Below are positions 1 through 10,290 of a stretch of DNA of 64,000 bases, piece by piece. The translations under genes and the position numbers were made by a program. Within the stretch, counting starts at the first letter, position 1. Each line of letters starts with the position of its first letter. Origin of the DNA: a bacterium (lineage in GTDB: Bacteria; Patescibacteriota; Patescibacteriia; Patescibacteriales; GWC2-42-12); the NCBI GenBank assembly GCA_030650415.1, contig JAUSEG010000005.1, positions 23,333 to 87,332 of the forward strand, given 5' to 3'. The notes beneath the pieces are model-generated. The model ran no database searches and was not told the DNA's origin. It was given only the letters and a program-made list of their open reading frames with translations.

Positions 1-96
1 ATCTATTATCACCACCTGATGTTTTTGCTTGATTAATTCATCTGCTAAATTTGAACCGATGAAACCGGCGCCGCCGGTGACTAAACATTTTGACAT
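1..96 (-). CDS. NAD-dependent epimerase/dehydratase, N-terminal part (runs off window start)
   Basis: Read manually, not in ORF track: [32 protein letters not shown] with the GGxGxxG Rossmann motif. Confidence 0.9.
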   Translation of the reverse strand, partial: MSKCLVTGGAGFIGSNLADELIKQKHQVVIID

Positions 97-107
97 AAAA
101 TTTATTG

Positions 108-962
108 TTAATGATTTTTTAAAATATCGTCTCCATAAACACTCTTAAACAAATCCAGGTCTTTGTTGCTTTGCGCCAATAAATCAATGTTTTTATCTCT
201 AAGTCCGGTTAAAACTTTCAGGCCAAGCTCATCGCCTACCAGCTCCTTATACATCTCGGAAAAAACCGCAAAATCCTTAATAAAGCAATGGCCGCCGGCG
301 CCACGGCCGGTTTTATGAATAGGGTCAAGATGAGTTGAACCGATTCTGGGATCGGCCGACATGGCCTCTTTAACCACCTGATAATCAATCTCCATCTTAC
401 CGGCCAGATCATAAAGCAAATTGATAAAAACAACTTTAAAATAAAACCAGCAATTGCCGCCGTATTTAATCAATTCCGCCTCTTTGGCGTGGCAAATTAG
501 TTGATAAGCAGCGAAAGGTAAAACTTCCATGACTTCTTTGGCTTTCTGCCTGTATTCGTCGTTGTCCAGCGGAATGCCGACAATGTTTCTTTGCGGATTG
601 GCCGCGTCATGAGCCGATGTAGCTTCGGTTAAAAACTCCGGTGAATGCACCACGTAAATATTGGGATTTTCTTTCTGAATTGACTCGGTCGTACCCGGCG
701 TAATGGTCGATTTAATTACGGCGATCTTCTTTCCGCCGACTAATTTCATAACCTGTCTTAAAATACTGCCATCAAAACCGTTAGGCGTAGTCGGCGTTGG
801 TACGGCGATAAAAACAATATCACATTCGCCTATCTTAACTTGATTGGCCGAATAGGGCTTTTCTTTGGCATATCTGACTACTTGATAGCCCCTAGCTTCA
901 AAATCATCGGCGTAATTTTTTCCGATCCACCCTTGGCCAATAAAACCGATAAGCTTACCCAT
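108..962 (-). CDS. UDP-glucose/GDP-mannose dehydrogenase family protein (short form)
   Basis: GxGxxG, FIAVPTP, IKST, SPEFL, DPRIG and GGHCFIKD motifs; 284 aa, apparently without the C-terminal domain. Confidence 0.85.
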   Translation of the reverse strand: MGKLIGFIGQGWIGKNYADDFEARGYQVVRYAKEKPYSANQVKIGECDIVFIAVPTPTTPNGFDGSILRQVMKLVGGKKIAVIKSTITPGTTESIQKENPNIYVVHSPEFLTEATSAHDAANPQRNIVGIPLDNDEYRQKAKEVMEVLPFAAYQLICHAKEAELIKYGGNCWFYFKVVFINLLYDLAGKMEIDYQVVKEAMSADPRIGSTHLDPIHKTGRGAGGHCFIKDFAVFSEMYKELVGDELGLKVLTGLRDKNIDLLAQSNKDLDLFKSVYGDDILKNH

Positions 963-1070
963 AAAAGATATAAAATTAATAATTAAAAGACTAAGTTTTT
1001 TACTTAGTTGATTTATCTTGTTCTATAAGTTATTATTAAATAAACTGGCGTAAAAGTCAACCATAATTTT

Positions 1071-2321
1071 ATGAAAAAAATCCTCTTTTTTATCACTCAA
1101 TCCGAATTCGGCGGCGCCCAGCGCTATGTCTTTGATTTGGCTAATAATTTAAAAGGTGATTTTGAAGTGGCCGTGGCTTTAGGCGAGCAAGCAAATAATG
1201 GAAAATTAGCTAAAATTTTAAGTGAAAATAATATAAAATATTATATAATCCCCCACCTAAAGCGGAGTATTTCGCCCATCAATGACATTTTGGCTTTTTT
1301 TGAAATCATAAAACTAATCAAAAGTTACCGACCAGACATCGTCCATCTAAACAGTTCTAAAATTTCCATCCTGGGATCAATCGCGGCTTTCGTAATTAAG
1401 TTACGAGTTGCGAGCTACGAGTTACGCGTCATTTACACGGTTCACGGCTGGGTCTTTAACGAGCCGCTGCCGATATGCCAAAAATGGTTTTATAAATTCG
1501 CGGAAAAATTTACCGCCAGATTTAAAGATAAAATTATCTGCGTCTCCGAATTTGACAAACAAATTGCTCTAAAATTTAAAATCGCGCCGGAAAATAAATT
1601 GATTACTATTCATAATGGCCTCGCGCCAATTAACTTCTGTCCTGAAAAAGAAGCCAAAAAGATAATTTATTCCAAAATTCAACCTGTCATTCTGGAGCCG
1701 AAGGCGATAGAATCCCGTGTTTTATCGGCTACCCAGCAAGATTCTATCGGTCGCTCCGCTCCCTCCAGAATGACAAATGACATCATTATCGGTTCAATCG
1801 GCAATCTCTACAAAACCAAGGGCTATGAATATTTTATCCAAGCGGCCGACATCTTAATTAACCAGCATCATCTATCGGCGGCTTTTATTATCATCGGCGA
1901 GGGCGAAGAAAGAAAAACTCTGGAAAATTTAATCGCCAAATTAAATTTAAAAAATAATTTTATTTTAACCGGTCGGCTTGACGATGCCGCCAAACTTTTA
2001 CCGGCCCTTAATCTTTACGTTTGCTCTTCGGTAAAAGAAGGCCTCCCTTATTCGGTCTTAGAAGCTATGAGCGCCGGTTTGCCGATTGCCACGACTGATG
2101 TCGGCGGCATTCCGGAAATGATTGAGGACAAAAAAACCGGCCTATTAGTCGGACCGGCTGATCCGAATGATTTAGCGGAGAATATTAAAACTCTTCTAAA
2201 TAATAAAACCCTGGCCACAGAACTTGGTCGGCGCGCTCAAGAAATAGCCTCAGCAGAATTCGGCCTAGAAAAAATGATCGAGGCAACGAAAAACGTTTTT
2301 ACTTCTTTTCTAAATTCCTAA
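1071..2321 (+). CDS. GT4 (family 4) glycosyltransferase
   Basis: GGAQRY, YTVHG, KG, EGLPYSVLEAM and DVGGIPE motifs; carries in-frame repeat insertions. Confidence 0.92.
   Translation: MKKILFFITQSEFGGAQRYVFDLANNLKGDFEVAVALGEQANNGKLAKILSENNIKYYIIPHLKRSISPINDILAFFEIIKLIKSYRPDIVHLNSSKISILGSIAAFVIKLRVASYELRVIYTVHGWVFNEPLPICQKWFYKFAEKFTARFKDKIICVSEFDKQIALKFKIAPENKLITIHNGLAPINFCPEKEAKKIIYSKIQPVILEPKAIESRVLSATQQDSIGRSAPSRMTNDIIIGSIGNLYKTKGYEYFIQAADILINQHHLSAAFIIIGEGEERKTLENLIAKLNLKNNFILTGRLDDAAKLLPALNLYVCSSVKEGLPYSVLEAMSAGLPIATTDVGGIPEMIEDKKTGLLVGPADPNDLAENIKTLLNNKTLATELGRRAQEIASAEFGLEKMIEATKNVFTSFLNS
1685..1775. repeat. TGTCAT...ATGACA palindromic element inside the glycosyltransferase CDS
   Basis: Inverted arms TGTCATTCTGGAG...CTCCAGAATGACA; related copies at 13709 and 39757. 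Confidence 0.9.
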
Positions 2322-4524
2322 TAAACTCCTCAACCGCTGACTTCAGGGACGGATCTAAGGCACCGGCCTTTTTGGCCATTTCTATGGCTTTGTCTTTATT
2401 GCCCGTTTGCTCGTAAAGCAACGACAGATTAACCCAGGGTTGAACATTATTCGGTTCCATAATCGACCATCTTTCGCATAGAATCAGCATGCGAGCTAGA
2501 TCTTTCTTCTCGTTGTAATAACCCAAAGCAATCTTTATTAAATCAACCGGGTTTAAATAAGTGCTACCGTTTAAATCAAGACACTTATCCATAGCCGCGT
2601 AACCGGTAGTTTCATCCTTTAAATAAATCGCCACTCTAGCTAAATAACAAGCGGCCTCGGCGTACTTTTCATTCAAGCCGGCGGCATATTTTAAAGTTTC
2701 AATCGCCTTATCCTTATCATTTCTCGCGATTAATATTTGCGCTTTGCTGAAATAAATCGTTACCCGGCCCGGACTGGCTTTAATGGATTCATTAATCGCT
2801 TGCAACGCGCGATCGGAATAAAAAGAAAACTTGCTCGGATCATCGGTGTTAACCGAAGCGGCCGTGTTTAAAGCCTGCGCCAATTGCATCTGCATCATGC
2901 TGTCTAAAGGATTTAATCTGACGTTGGCTTCGGCTAAACTTACGGTATAATCGGCGATTTGCTTGGCCTCTTGCTTATCAATTGACGATAAATTATATTG
3001 CCTGGCGTTAACGGCGTTGACTAAGCTGGCGCGGCTATCCCGATCTAGTCCGGTCTCATAACTTAAGGTCTTTTTATATTCTTCCACTCCAGCCGCGATA
3101 TCGCCTTGAGAGAATTTTATTTGACCTTTAATCGTGCCGTCCAGCATCATCAAGGGTTTAATATTATACTGATAAACGATAGTTAAAGAAATCAAACCGA
3201 CGATAGCTAAAACCGCCAAATCTTTATTGGTCAAACCGCCGCCAGAAGTAAGTTCTTCTGCTTCACTGCCGTTAACCAGCCAATAAATATAACCGAGGGT
3301 CAGCATTAACGAAATATAAGTTACCAATGAATCAAAAACCGCCAAATTCTGAATAAAATAAGCGACCAGCAAACAGATTAACAAAATAAATTCATTAACG
3401 GAAATTTTATTTTGCTTTTTGCCTTTAACTAAATAATAGCCCGCAGCCGATAAGATAAGAAAATAAGTTATCAGTCCTAAGAGGCCGGCGGTTGAAGCTA
3501 AATCCACCAAATTATTATGCGCCCGGTCAAAATAAGTTTCAGTCGGGGTGTAGCTATAAAATTTAGGATCAAAATATTTATCGAACGAAATTGCGAAATT
3601 GCCGTAGCCGCTGCCAAGAGTAGGGTGGCTAGGAAAGTCTTGAGCCGCGGCTTTCCAAGAGATTAACCTGGTTTGAAAAGTAACCGCTTTAGCTGAAATT
3701 TGCGTTACCGTGCCTAAAACTGAACTGTTTTTAACTAGATTGCTCTCTGGGAATAAAAGCACCAATCCCACTACCGCCACTACCGCCACCGAACTCAAAA
3801 AGCTATAAATTTTTATTTTTTTATTCTGGCTATACAAAACATGCAGAATAAAAAATAAAAGAAAACTTACGGCCAGCCCGACATAAGCGCCCCTGGTATG
3901 GGTAACCCTCATGACTAATAGCATTATAAAAGCGGCGGCTAAGTAAAGCGCGCTTATAAACCAGTCTGCGCCTTTGCCATTTTCTTCGCCGCGACTCCTA
4001 AAAAATAAAATTAAGGCAAAATAAATATTAAAAATAACATAGCCGGAAACATAAGCCGTATTACCGATAGTGCTATAAGGAATTTTAAATAAACTTATGA
4101 GGGAAACTATAAAAGCGGCGATAATCGAAACTATAAATAAATTACGCCAGTCCTGCCATCGTCTAAAGACCGTGATAATAATCAAATAATATAAAAAGAA
4201 GTGAAATACATGAAACCAACCCAGCATTCTTTCGATGTCGCCCCAAAAACTTAAATTAAAATCAACGCCAAAAATCGAGGAGGCTAAGAGAGCGGCGAAA
4301 AAAGCCAGGAGGCCATAAGTAATCCAAGATTTTTTCGGCCTGACTTCCGGATATTTTATAACTAAAGCCAGCCAGCCAATCATTAAAACTTCCACTAAAA
4401 TATTAAAAGCTATTTGCTTGGAAGTTATGTAGGGAAACAACAAATTTTTAAACACTAAAAAAACCGAGATAAAAGATAAATAGACTCCGGTTTTTAAAAT
4501 AATTAAATATGTTTTTAGAGGCAT
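2299..4524 (-). CDS. O-antigen ligase (Wzy_C) family membrane protein with C-terminal TPR repeats
   Basis: Many TM segments; TRGAY, R..W...GSGYGNF and RAHN motifs; TPR-like tail. Confidence 0.85.
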   Translation of the reverse strand: MPLKTYLIILKTGVYLSFISVFLVFKNLLFPYITSKQIAFNILVEVLMIGWLALVIKYPEVRPKKSWITYGLLAFFAALLASSIFGVDFNLSFWGDIERMLGWFHVFHFFLYYLIIITVFRRWQDWRNLFIVSIIAAFIVSLISLFKIPYSTIGNTAYVSGYVIFNIYFALILFFRSRGEENGKGADWFISALYLAAAFIMLLVMRVTHTRGAYVGLAVSFLLFFILHVLYSQNKKIKIYSFLSSVAVVAVVGLVLLFPESNLVKNSSVLGTVTQISAKAVTFQTRLISWKAAAQDFPSHPTLGSGYGNFAISFDKYFDPKFYSYTPTETYFDRAHNNLVDLASTAGLLGLITYFLILSAAGYYLVKGKKQNKISVNEFILLICLLVAYFIQNLAVFDSLVTYISLMLTLGYIYWLVNGSEAEELTSGGGLTNKDLAVLAIVGLISLTIVYQYNIKPLMMLDGTIKGQIKFSQGDIAAGVEEYKKTLSYETGLDRDSRASLVNAVNARQYNLSSIDKQEAKQIADYTVSLAEANVRLNPLDSMMQMQLAQALNTAASVNTDDPSKFSFYSDRALQAINESIKASPGRVTIYFSKAQILIARNDKDKAIETLKYAAGLNEKYAEAACYLARVAIYLKDETTGYAAMDKCLDLNGSTYLNPVDLIKIALGYYNEKKDLARMLILCERWSIMEPNNVQPWVNLSLLYEQTGNKDKAIEMAKKAGALDPSLKSAVEEFIRNLEKK

Positions 4525-4550
4525 AGATAAATTAAATTAAAACTAACATT

Positions 4551-4685
4551 TGTCATTGCGAGGAGCCTGTAATCAGGCGACGAAGCAATCTCTGGTCAGT
4601 TTATTTAAACAACTTTATTACTGCTCAATTTTTTAGCACTTTCTAACCAGAGATTGCTTCGTCGCTACTGCTCCTCGCAATGACA
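4551..4685. repeat. TGTCAT...ATGACA palindromic element
   Basis: TGTCATTGCGAGGAGC...GAAGCAATCTCTGG / CCAGAGATTGCTTC...CTCCTCGCAATGACA. Confidence 0.92.
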
Positions 4686-4713
4686 GGAAGTTTACTTATA
4701 ACAAACAAAATTA

Positions 4714-5697
4714 TTAATTAATCTTTTCCCACGATATCTTTACCTTGGCGTTTCTGGTGGACTCGTAATATTCAACCTTCACTTCATGGCTACCCGCGGT
4801 TATATTTCTTTCTCGGTTAAATATCATTTCTCTATCATTGTCAGCCCAGGATTGCAAAAAATTTTCATTATCAAGATAGACTCTAATAGCGTCATCAAAA
4901 ACCGTTCTAAACTCATAATTACCGTCTAGAAAATTACAACTGGCAGTATAGCGAATTGAAAATCTATCAAAAAAAGAAAGTTGTTCCGGTCCGCCGGTTC
5001 CCCAATCAAAGTTTATCGCCTTAACACTGCTAGTGGCGATAGGCGATCCAAAAAGATTCTTATTATCAAAATATTCGGCCAACCAGACGCAAGTTGTTGT
5101 AGCGATATTCTCGGTTGTATCGACTATAATTATCGGACTAGTCGTGGCCGTTTCTCCTGTTGCGCTGTCGGGCGTGCTGGTCGCCACCGGCGTGTCAGTT
5201 TCCGGCGTCACGACTTCAACGGGCGCTTGAACCTCTGAATTATCTACGGTAATCACCGGACTGGATTTCGCGTCCACGGTAATCAACGCTAAGTTGCTAT
5301 CGGTTATGCCGAGCCCCAGGTTTCTCATCACGCTAAAGGCGTCGACTGGACGACCCAAGTAATGCATAGTTAAATTAAGCGGATTAACATAATAAGCTTC
5401 ACCTAAATCCTCAACTTTAAGTAAAATCTTGCCCGCCAATCTAACCGGAGCCAAACCTTTAAATAAATTAAAATCTTTATTAGACACGCCTAAACCCTGC
5501 TCTCTCATAATCTTAAAAGCGTCGGCCGGCCGGCCAAGATAAAATCTCTTTTGACTGTCCGGATTAACATACCAGGCCTCGCCATTAGCTTCAACTTGCA
5601 ATAAAATTCTGCCTGCTAATTTTTGGGCTAAGCTTTCCGCCTGCGCTAAATTTAATGGCAAGAGTAAAAATAATAACAAAATTAATAATTTTTTCAT
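4714..5697 (-). CDS. Secreted protein with two GRILLQVE..GEAWYV repeats and a C-terminal PA14-like domain
   Basis: Signal peptide from MKKLL (5697), internal repeats, and INFDWGTGGP/FSIRY/DDAIRVYLD/VKVEYYE PA14-like motifs. Confidence 0.75.
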   Translation of the reverse strand: MKKLLILLLFLLLPLNLAQAESLAQKLAGRILLQVEANGEAWYVNPDSQKRFYLGRPADAFKIMREQGLGVSNKDFNLFKGLAPVRLAGKILLKVEDLGEAYYVNPLNLTMHYLGRPVDAFSVMRNLGLGITDSNLALITVDAKSSPVITVDNSEVQAPVEVVTPETDTPVATSTPDSATGETATTSPIIIVDTTENIATTTCVWLAEYFDNKNLFGSPIATSSVKAINFDWGTGGPEQLSFFDRFSIRYTASCNFLDGNYEFRTVFDDAIRVYLDNENFLQSWADNDREMIFNRERNITAGSHEVKVEYYESTRNAKVKISWEKIN

Positions 5698-5855
5698 ATT
5701 TTTTAAATTGATTATAAAATAATTTATACCCATATCATACCATAACTACCCCCTTTATCAAGGGGACTTAAATTTTTCCTAAACAAAAGCCCCTCCGGAA
5801 AAACCGGCAGGGGCGCTTTAAAAACTATTTTAAAAAAATTTAGACCAGGAGCTAA

Positions 5856-6170
5856 TTATCGAGAAAATTGGATATTCAATTTTTTTTCTAAAACCTCGAC
5901 TCTTTTCTGCAGCTCTACCACCTCAAAACGATAGGCGACATTATCCAGCCGCAATCTTATATCCTCATGGCCTTTTTCTAGAGTACCCAACTTCTCGTCC
6001 GTCTGGTCAAAGCGCTTATCAACCTGATCAAAACTAACCTTAACCATAACGGCCAATTCGTCAATTTTTTCATCCAACTTTTTATCTATCTTTTTTAGCA
6101 GAACTTCATTGTTGTCTTTAAATTTTTGATCCAACAGATTGGATACTTGTTGTAGATCCTCTTGTTGCAT
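5856..6170 (-). CDS. Small coiled-coil hypothetical protein
   Basis: 104-aa ORF with heptad pattern, directly after the upstream ORF. Confidence 0.7.
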   Translation of the reverse strand: MQQEDLQQVSNLLDQKFKDNNEVLLKKIDKKLDEKIDELAVMVKVSFDQVDKRFDQTDEKLGTLEKGHEDIRLRLDNVAYRFEVVELQKRVEVLEKKLNIQFSR

Positions 6171-6171
6171 A

Positions 6172-6372
6172 TTATTTTTTTATTTTATTATTAGCCAGAT
6201 ATTTTTTAACATAAATCACCACGGGTTTAGCGCATTTTTCGCAAAATTCAAACCTGTTCACCCATTTATCAAAAAATCTCTTGCCCATATCATCAAAAGA
6301 AAAAATTATTTCTTCTCCCTTTATATTTTTACCGCATTTATCGCATTTATCGCATTTATGAAAAGTCGCCAT
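6172..6372 (-). CDS. Small Zn-ribbon-like hypothetical protein
   Basis: CDKCDKC...CEKC motifs; consensus promoter upstream. Confidence 0.6.
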   Translation of the reverse strand: MATFHKCDKCDKCGKNIKGEEIIFSFDDMGKRFFDKWVNRFEFCEKCAKPVVIYVKKYLANNKIKK

Positions 6373-6382
6373 ATTATTGATA

Positions 6383-6434
6383 TTTACCCCGTTAAATCCG
6401 GCGAAGCCGGAGCAAAGCTATTTAACGGGGTGAA
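6383..6434. repeat. ACCCCGTTAAAT...ATTTAACGGGGT palindromic element
   Basis: Inverted arms with an inner CCGGCGAAGCCGG hairpin; family also at 10241, 12713, 36947, 39301, 55109. Confidence 0.88.
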
Positions 6435-6447
6435 TTTTTATTTCTAT

Positions 6448-6475
6448 ATTATATCATAAATAAAAACCGTGTCAA
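6448..6475 (-). promoter_or_regulatory. Sigma70 promoter
   Basis: TTGACA-16 nt-TATAAT with extended TGn on the minus strand, upstream of the ORF starting at 6372. Confidence 0.75.
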
Positions 6476-6481
6476 AAACTC

Positions 6482-6513
6482 AAAGCCCCCCGCCACATTG
6501 TGGCGGGGGGCTT
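6482..6513 (-). terminator. Probable rho-independent terminator of the S-layer-like gene
   Basis: AAGCCCCCCGCCAC-AAT-GTGGCGGGGGGCTT followed by T-rich sequence on the minus strand. Confidence 0.65.
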
Positions 6514-6550
6514 CTTAATCTATCCTAATTAAACCTTTCTAAAGTTTAAA

Positions 6551-9500
6551 TTAGTAAGATAACTTCGCGCCTATTACTTCAGAAACATTCAATAAGACAT
6601 TTGATACATCCGTACCGGTGCCATTATTGCCATTATAAACGAAACGGTAAGTCAGATCAGCAATCTTCGTCTGGACGAAGTCGCCGGACGCGTCTACGCC
6701 GCTAATATCGCCTTCAATGACGATAGTAACTTCGCCGTCCACATCCTCTGTGGTTCCAGATAATTGCGAGAAGGTAGAAGAGGCTGTTCCTGTACTACCA
6801 TCTTCTTGAACCGCGGTAGTCTTATTGCTGGAATCACCATCAATATAGACCTGGATATTATTCACGAAGACGCCGCTTGAGGTGGCAATGCTTAAGCCCA
6901 AGGTTACTAATCGCGCTTTTAGTTCAGTATTATCGCTGTTTCTGTTACTGCCGTTATTGAAGATGAATTTATACTTACCGATAATCTGATCATTGCCGTT
7001 AGATAGCGTTGTATTGGACATCGGATTAGTAATGGAGGTTAGGACTGAACCGTGAATAGTCGCGGTGGTAGAGGTGGCAACGCCCCACTCGGCGTATTCA
7101 CCGGCAGCCACACTGGCATCAGTATCTTCAACCAAAGTAATGTCATCGCCCAAATCTACGCCCACAGCGGTAACCGCGTCATCGGCCGATAGGCCGAGTT
7201 GAGTCAATTGAGTGCTGGAAGCTAAAGTATAGATTATGGTTTCCGCGTCATCGGCCGTAGCGGAAGGATCGCCTTCCACATTAATACCTCTAGCGGTTAC
7301 GCCAATGAAATATTCATGGACGTTATCCGCCGATAGCACTAAGTTCAAGTCGCTGAAATTGGCATCGCCGAGAGTGCTGACGCCTTTTGAAGCCACTAAG
7401 ACTTCATTCTTGTCATACAACTCAACGGATGCAATATCATCGGCTCTGGCTGTGCCCTGTTGGCCTAAGACTAAAGTCTTAACCTTAATCGGTTCATTAG
7501 CGGTGGTGAAAGTTAACTTGCCGAGATATTTATCTCCGGAAGTAATCTTACTGCCTGCTAAGAGGATCGTATTAGTATTAGACTTTAGATCCGTAACCGT
7601 CAGCTCAACTTTCAATGTACCGGCCGAAGCCAAAGTAAGGGTCCTGGAAAGAGTCGCGGCATTCTTTACGCTTTCCGCCACCGCGTTCGAGTCTTTATCC
7701 TGGGCGACTATGCTAGCCGCTACGCCATCCGCTGTAAGTCCGATAACTCCTGTAGGACTAAAGGTGGACGAGAAATCAGCTTTAACTTCTAAGGTCACGG
7801 TCTTACCGGCGGGAATTACTCTGTTAGTTGTGTCTAAAGAAGTAAAGTTGATATAACCAGCGGTTCCTGAAGCAGGTTCAACGATGCCACCGGCAACTGT
7901 CTTAACCAGCTTGTTGTCAACATAGAGCCGTAACTGGGAAATATTAGTATCGCTAAACGCGCTAGCGACAGTAGAAGTAGAGTGAATCTTAACCGAGGTT
8001 AAAGTAACCGCGGAAGACGCGCCCGCTTCTAAGCTGGCCGCGTAAACGACCACATCCTTAGCGCTCGGCACAATCGTCTTAGCTGTTAAGGCGGTTGTCT
8101 GCCAAGTTAAAGAGGCTGTTTTAACCGTAGCGATAGCGCTTGAAACTGATGTCGGGGTAATGCTGGATTGCAAGCTGGCGTCTGAATCATCGCCGCTAAT
8201 AGTAAAGCCGGTGCTCTTTAGAACAACCTGCAAAGTATCGCTATCAACGGCTGGATTGGTATCGTTCGTACCGGCTACATCTACTTTTATCTGATAAGTC
8301 TTGGTCACGCCCTTAACCAAACTGATTTCATCGGAATTGGTTAATTTGCAATAAGAGGCCGTTGTTGAACTGGCGATAGTTAAATCATAAGATGCGCCAG
8401 TGACCGTGTCTCTTAAGACCGCGTTATCAAGTTTAGTGCAAGATGGGTTTGTACCAGTGATATAAAAGCTATCTGCGCCAGCGCCTAACGCGGTAATGGT
8501 GGCATTTTCACCGGCTGAAAGAACTTTAACGGTAGCTAAAATCACGGCGTTATCGCCCGGCCTAACATCTTTAGACGGAGTAACGGTTTTATCCATATCA
8601 ATTGTAACATCACCGGCCGTTAAAGTAACGACAATGCCCTCGCTAACACCGTCTATATTCGCAAAATAGCTAGAACCAATTTCTATGCCATAACCATAAT
8701 CCTGGCCAGTGAAATATAAATCACCGGCTTCGTAAAAATACAAGTCAATGGTATTAGTGGTATTGCCAATGCCGATATCGCCATAAACTTCAACCGTGAT
8801 GGTGTCATTTTTAGCGATAACTTTATTGAAGCTGAAAGTAACGATCTTATCAACCAATTCGCCGCCCTTGACGACTTCATCGCCATCAATCACCACTCTC
8901 ATGTTGCCAACAATGCCGGCGGTATTGGTGCCGCCATTCTTCATGGCAAAGCCGGAGAAAATAACCGCTTCATTAGCCGCGGTTAAATCAAATTTGGCTA
9001 ATAAGACATTGTCTTCGCCGAAATCATTGGAGGTATCAGAAGTGCCAAGATTTGACATGGTAACCGTACCAATAGTTGAACTGGTAACTGCCTGAACATT
9101 ACCTCTAACCGGGAAAGAGCCGCTTACGGCCGCTCCATTAGTAGTAATGTCGCTAGCCGCGGCAATGCCTAAAGCAAAATTTCCCGATGTTTGGCCCGCA
9201 ACAATCGTGGCTTTGACCACTAAAGATTTAGTGGTTCCGGCCGCGACGACGATCGGTGTAGAAAAATTAAAGGTTGCTTCTTTATCGGAATTTATATTCT
9301 TGGCTGTTCCCACTTTGACGCCGTTATCATAGAAAGTAACGCTGTCAACATAAGTGGCCGTACCCAATTCAAAGGTTTTTAGCTTAATCGCACTAACGCT
9401 TACCGCGCCGTCGTTGGAAGCGGTTAAGTTAATCTTTAAGAACGAAGTCGGTGAACCGGCCGGGATAGTGGAGGCAGCCGCGGTGTCTGAAGCTAAGCTG

Positions 9501-10228
9501 ACGGTTAAGCCAGAGCCCGCGCCGATTGATCCGCCCGCGCCTGACGAAGTATCAGTTAGGGTGGCAACCGCGCCCGAGATGCTAGCGCCAACAACCGGTT
9601 TAGCGATCGTGGCGGTGATAACATCAGCCCATTTAAATCTGTTGGCTAAGAAAGCCGCTTCGGTAGCGATCTTTGAAGCTGTGGTATCAGCATTGATAAG
9701 ATAAACATCAGCTTCAGTGCCAAACTTCACTAAACTGCCCTGAGGATAAGAGGTCGCGCTGACTACGCTGGTAAGGGTAATGTAGTTGGTAAAGAAAGCG
9801 TCAGACACATCAATAATCCTCTTATTCCATTGTGATCCGAATAAAGTCGCGGCCGTCGCTTCATCAGGAACGCCCACTAAAGAGCCTCCGGCGACAACGG
9901 CGTAAACTTTCGGATTAGTAGTAATTTTAACTAATTTAGTACCCGGTCTAACGGTGACATTCTTACCCAGAGGATATGACTCTAACTCGCTTTGAGAAAT
10001 AGTCACAACGCTGGAGAAATCACTGTACCAGGAAAAATAAGTTGACTCATTAGGGAAAACATATCTCTTTCCGTCAGCGGCCAAGTAATAAACGGACGAA
10101 AGTCCGCTCATCTTGATTAAGTCACCGGCTGAAGCGTTGGCACTCACATTAGGAGCTACCACTACGCTCATTGATAAGACGGTAACGAAAATTACGCCTG
10201 CGGCAAAGATTTTCTTGAATCTTTCCAT
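6551..10228 (-). CDS. Large secreted S-layer-like/surface protein
   Basis: Signal peptide from MERFKK (10228); S/T/A/G/V-rich beta-type composition; N-terminal GDLIK...VYY...KRYVFPNE domain; about 1225 aa. Confidence 0.75.
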   Translation of the reverse strand: MERFKKIFAAGVIFVTVLSMSVVVAPNVSANASAGDLIKMSGLSSVYYLAADGKRYVFPNESTYFSWYSDFSSVVTISQSELESYPLGKNVTVRPGTKLVKITTNPKVYAVVAGGSLVGVPDEATAATLFGSQWNKRIIDVSDAFFTNYITLTSVVSATSYPQGSLVKFGTEADVYLINADTTASKIATEAAFLANRFKWADVITATIAKPVVGASISGAVATLTDTSSGAGGSIGAGSGLTVSLASDTAAASTIPAGSPTSFLKINLTASNDGAVSVSAIKLKTFELGTATYVDSVTFYDNGVKVGTAKNINSDKEATFNFSTPIVVAAGTTKSLVVKATIVAGQTSGNFALGIAAASDITTNGAAVSGSFPVRGNVQAVTSSTIGTVTMSNLGTSDTSNDFGEDNVLLAKFDLTAANEAVIFSGFAMKNGGTNTAGIVGNMRVVIDGDEVVKGGELVDKIVTFSFNKVIAKNDTITVEVYGDIGIGNTTNTIDLYFYEAGDLYFTGQDYGYGIEIGSSYFANIDGVSEGIVVTLTAGDVTIDMDKTVTPSKDVRPGDNAVILATVKVLSAGENATITALGAGADSFYITGTNPSCTKLDNAVLRDTVTGASYDLTIASSTTASYCKLTNSDEISLVKGVTKTYQIKVDVAGTNDTNPAVDSDTLQVVLKSTGFTISGDDSDASLQSSITPTSVSSAIATVKTASLTWQTTALTAKTIVPSAKDVVVYAASLEAGASSAVTLTSVKIHSTSTVASAFSDTNISQLRLYVDNKLVKTVAGGIVEPASGTAGYINFTSLDTTNRVIPAGKTVTLEVKADFSSTFSPTGVIGLTADGVAASIVAQDKDSNAVAESVKNAATLSRTLTLASAGTLKVELTVTDLKSNTNTILLAGSKITSGDKYLGKLTFTTANEPIKVKTLVLGQQGTARADDIASVELYDKNEVLVASKGVSTLGDANFSDLNLVLSADNVHEYFIGVTARGINVEGDPSATADDAETIIYTLASSTQLTQLGLSADDAVTAVGVDLGDDITLVEDTDASVAAGEYAEWGVATSTTATIHGSVLTSITNPMSNTTLSNGNDQIIGKYKFIFNNGSNRNSDNTELKARLVTLGLSIATSSGVFVNNIQVYIDGDSSNKTTAVQEDGSTGTASSTFSQLSGTTEDVDGEVTIVIEGDISGVDASGDFVQTKIADLTYRFVYNGNNGTGTDVSNVLLNVSEVIGAKLSY

Positions 10229-10240
10229 AGATAAATTTTG

Positions 10241-10290
10241 TTTACCCTGTGAAATCCCTACGGGATGCGTAGCATATTTCACAGGGTGAA
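10241..10290. repeat. ACCCTGTGAAAT...ATTTCACAGGGT palindromic element
   Basis: Inverted arms immediately upstream of the S-layer-like start codon. Confidence 0.85.

Noticed and set aside
7236..9704. Plus-strand ORFs within the S-layer-like gene, and similar antisense ORFs over ribosomal genes, tuf and the ATPase
   Set aside because: Shadow frames of well-supported genes
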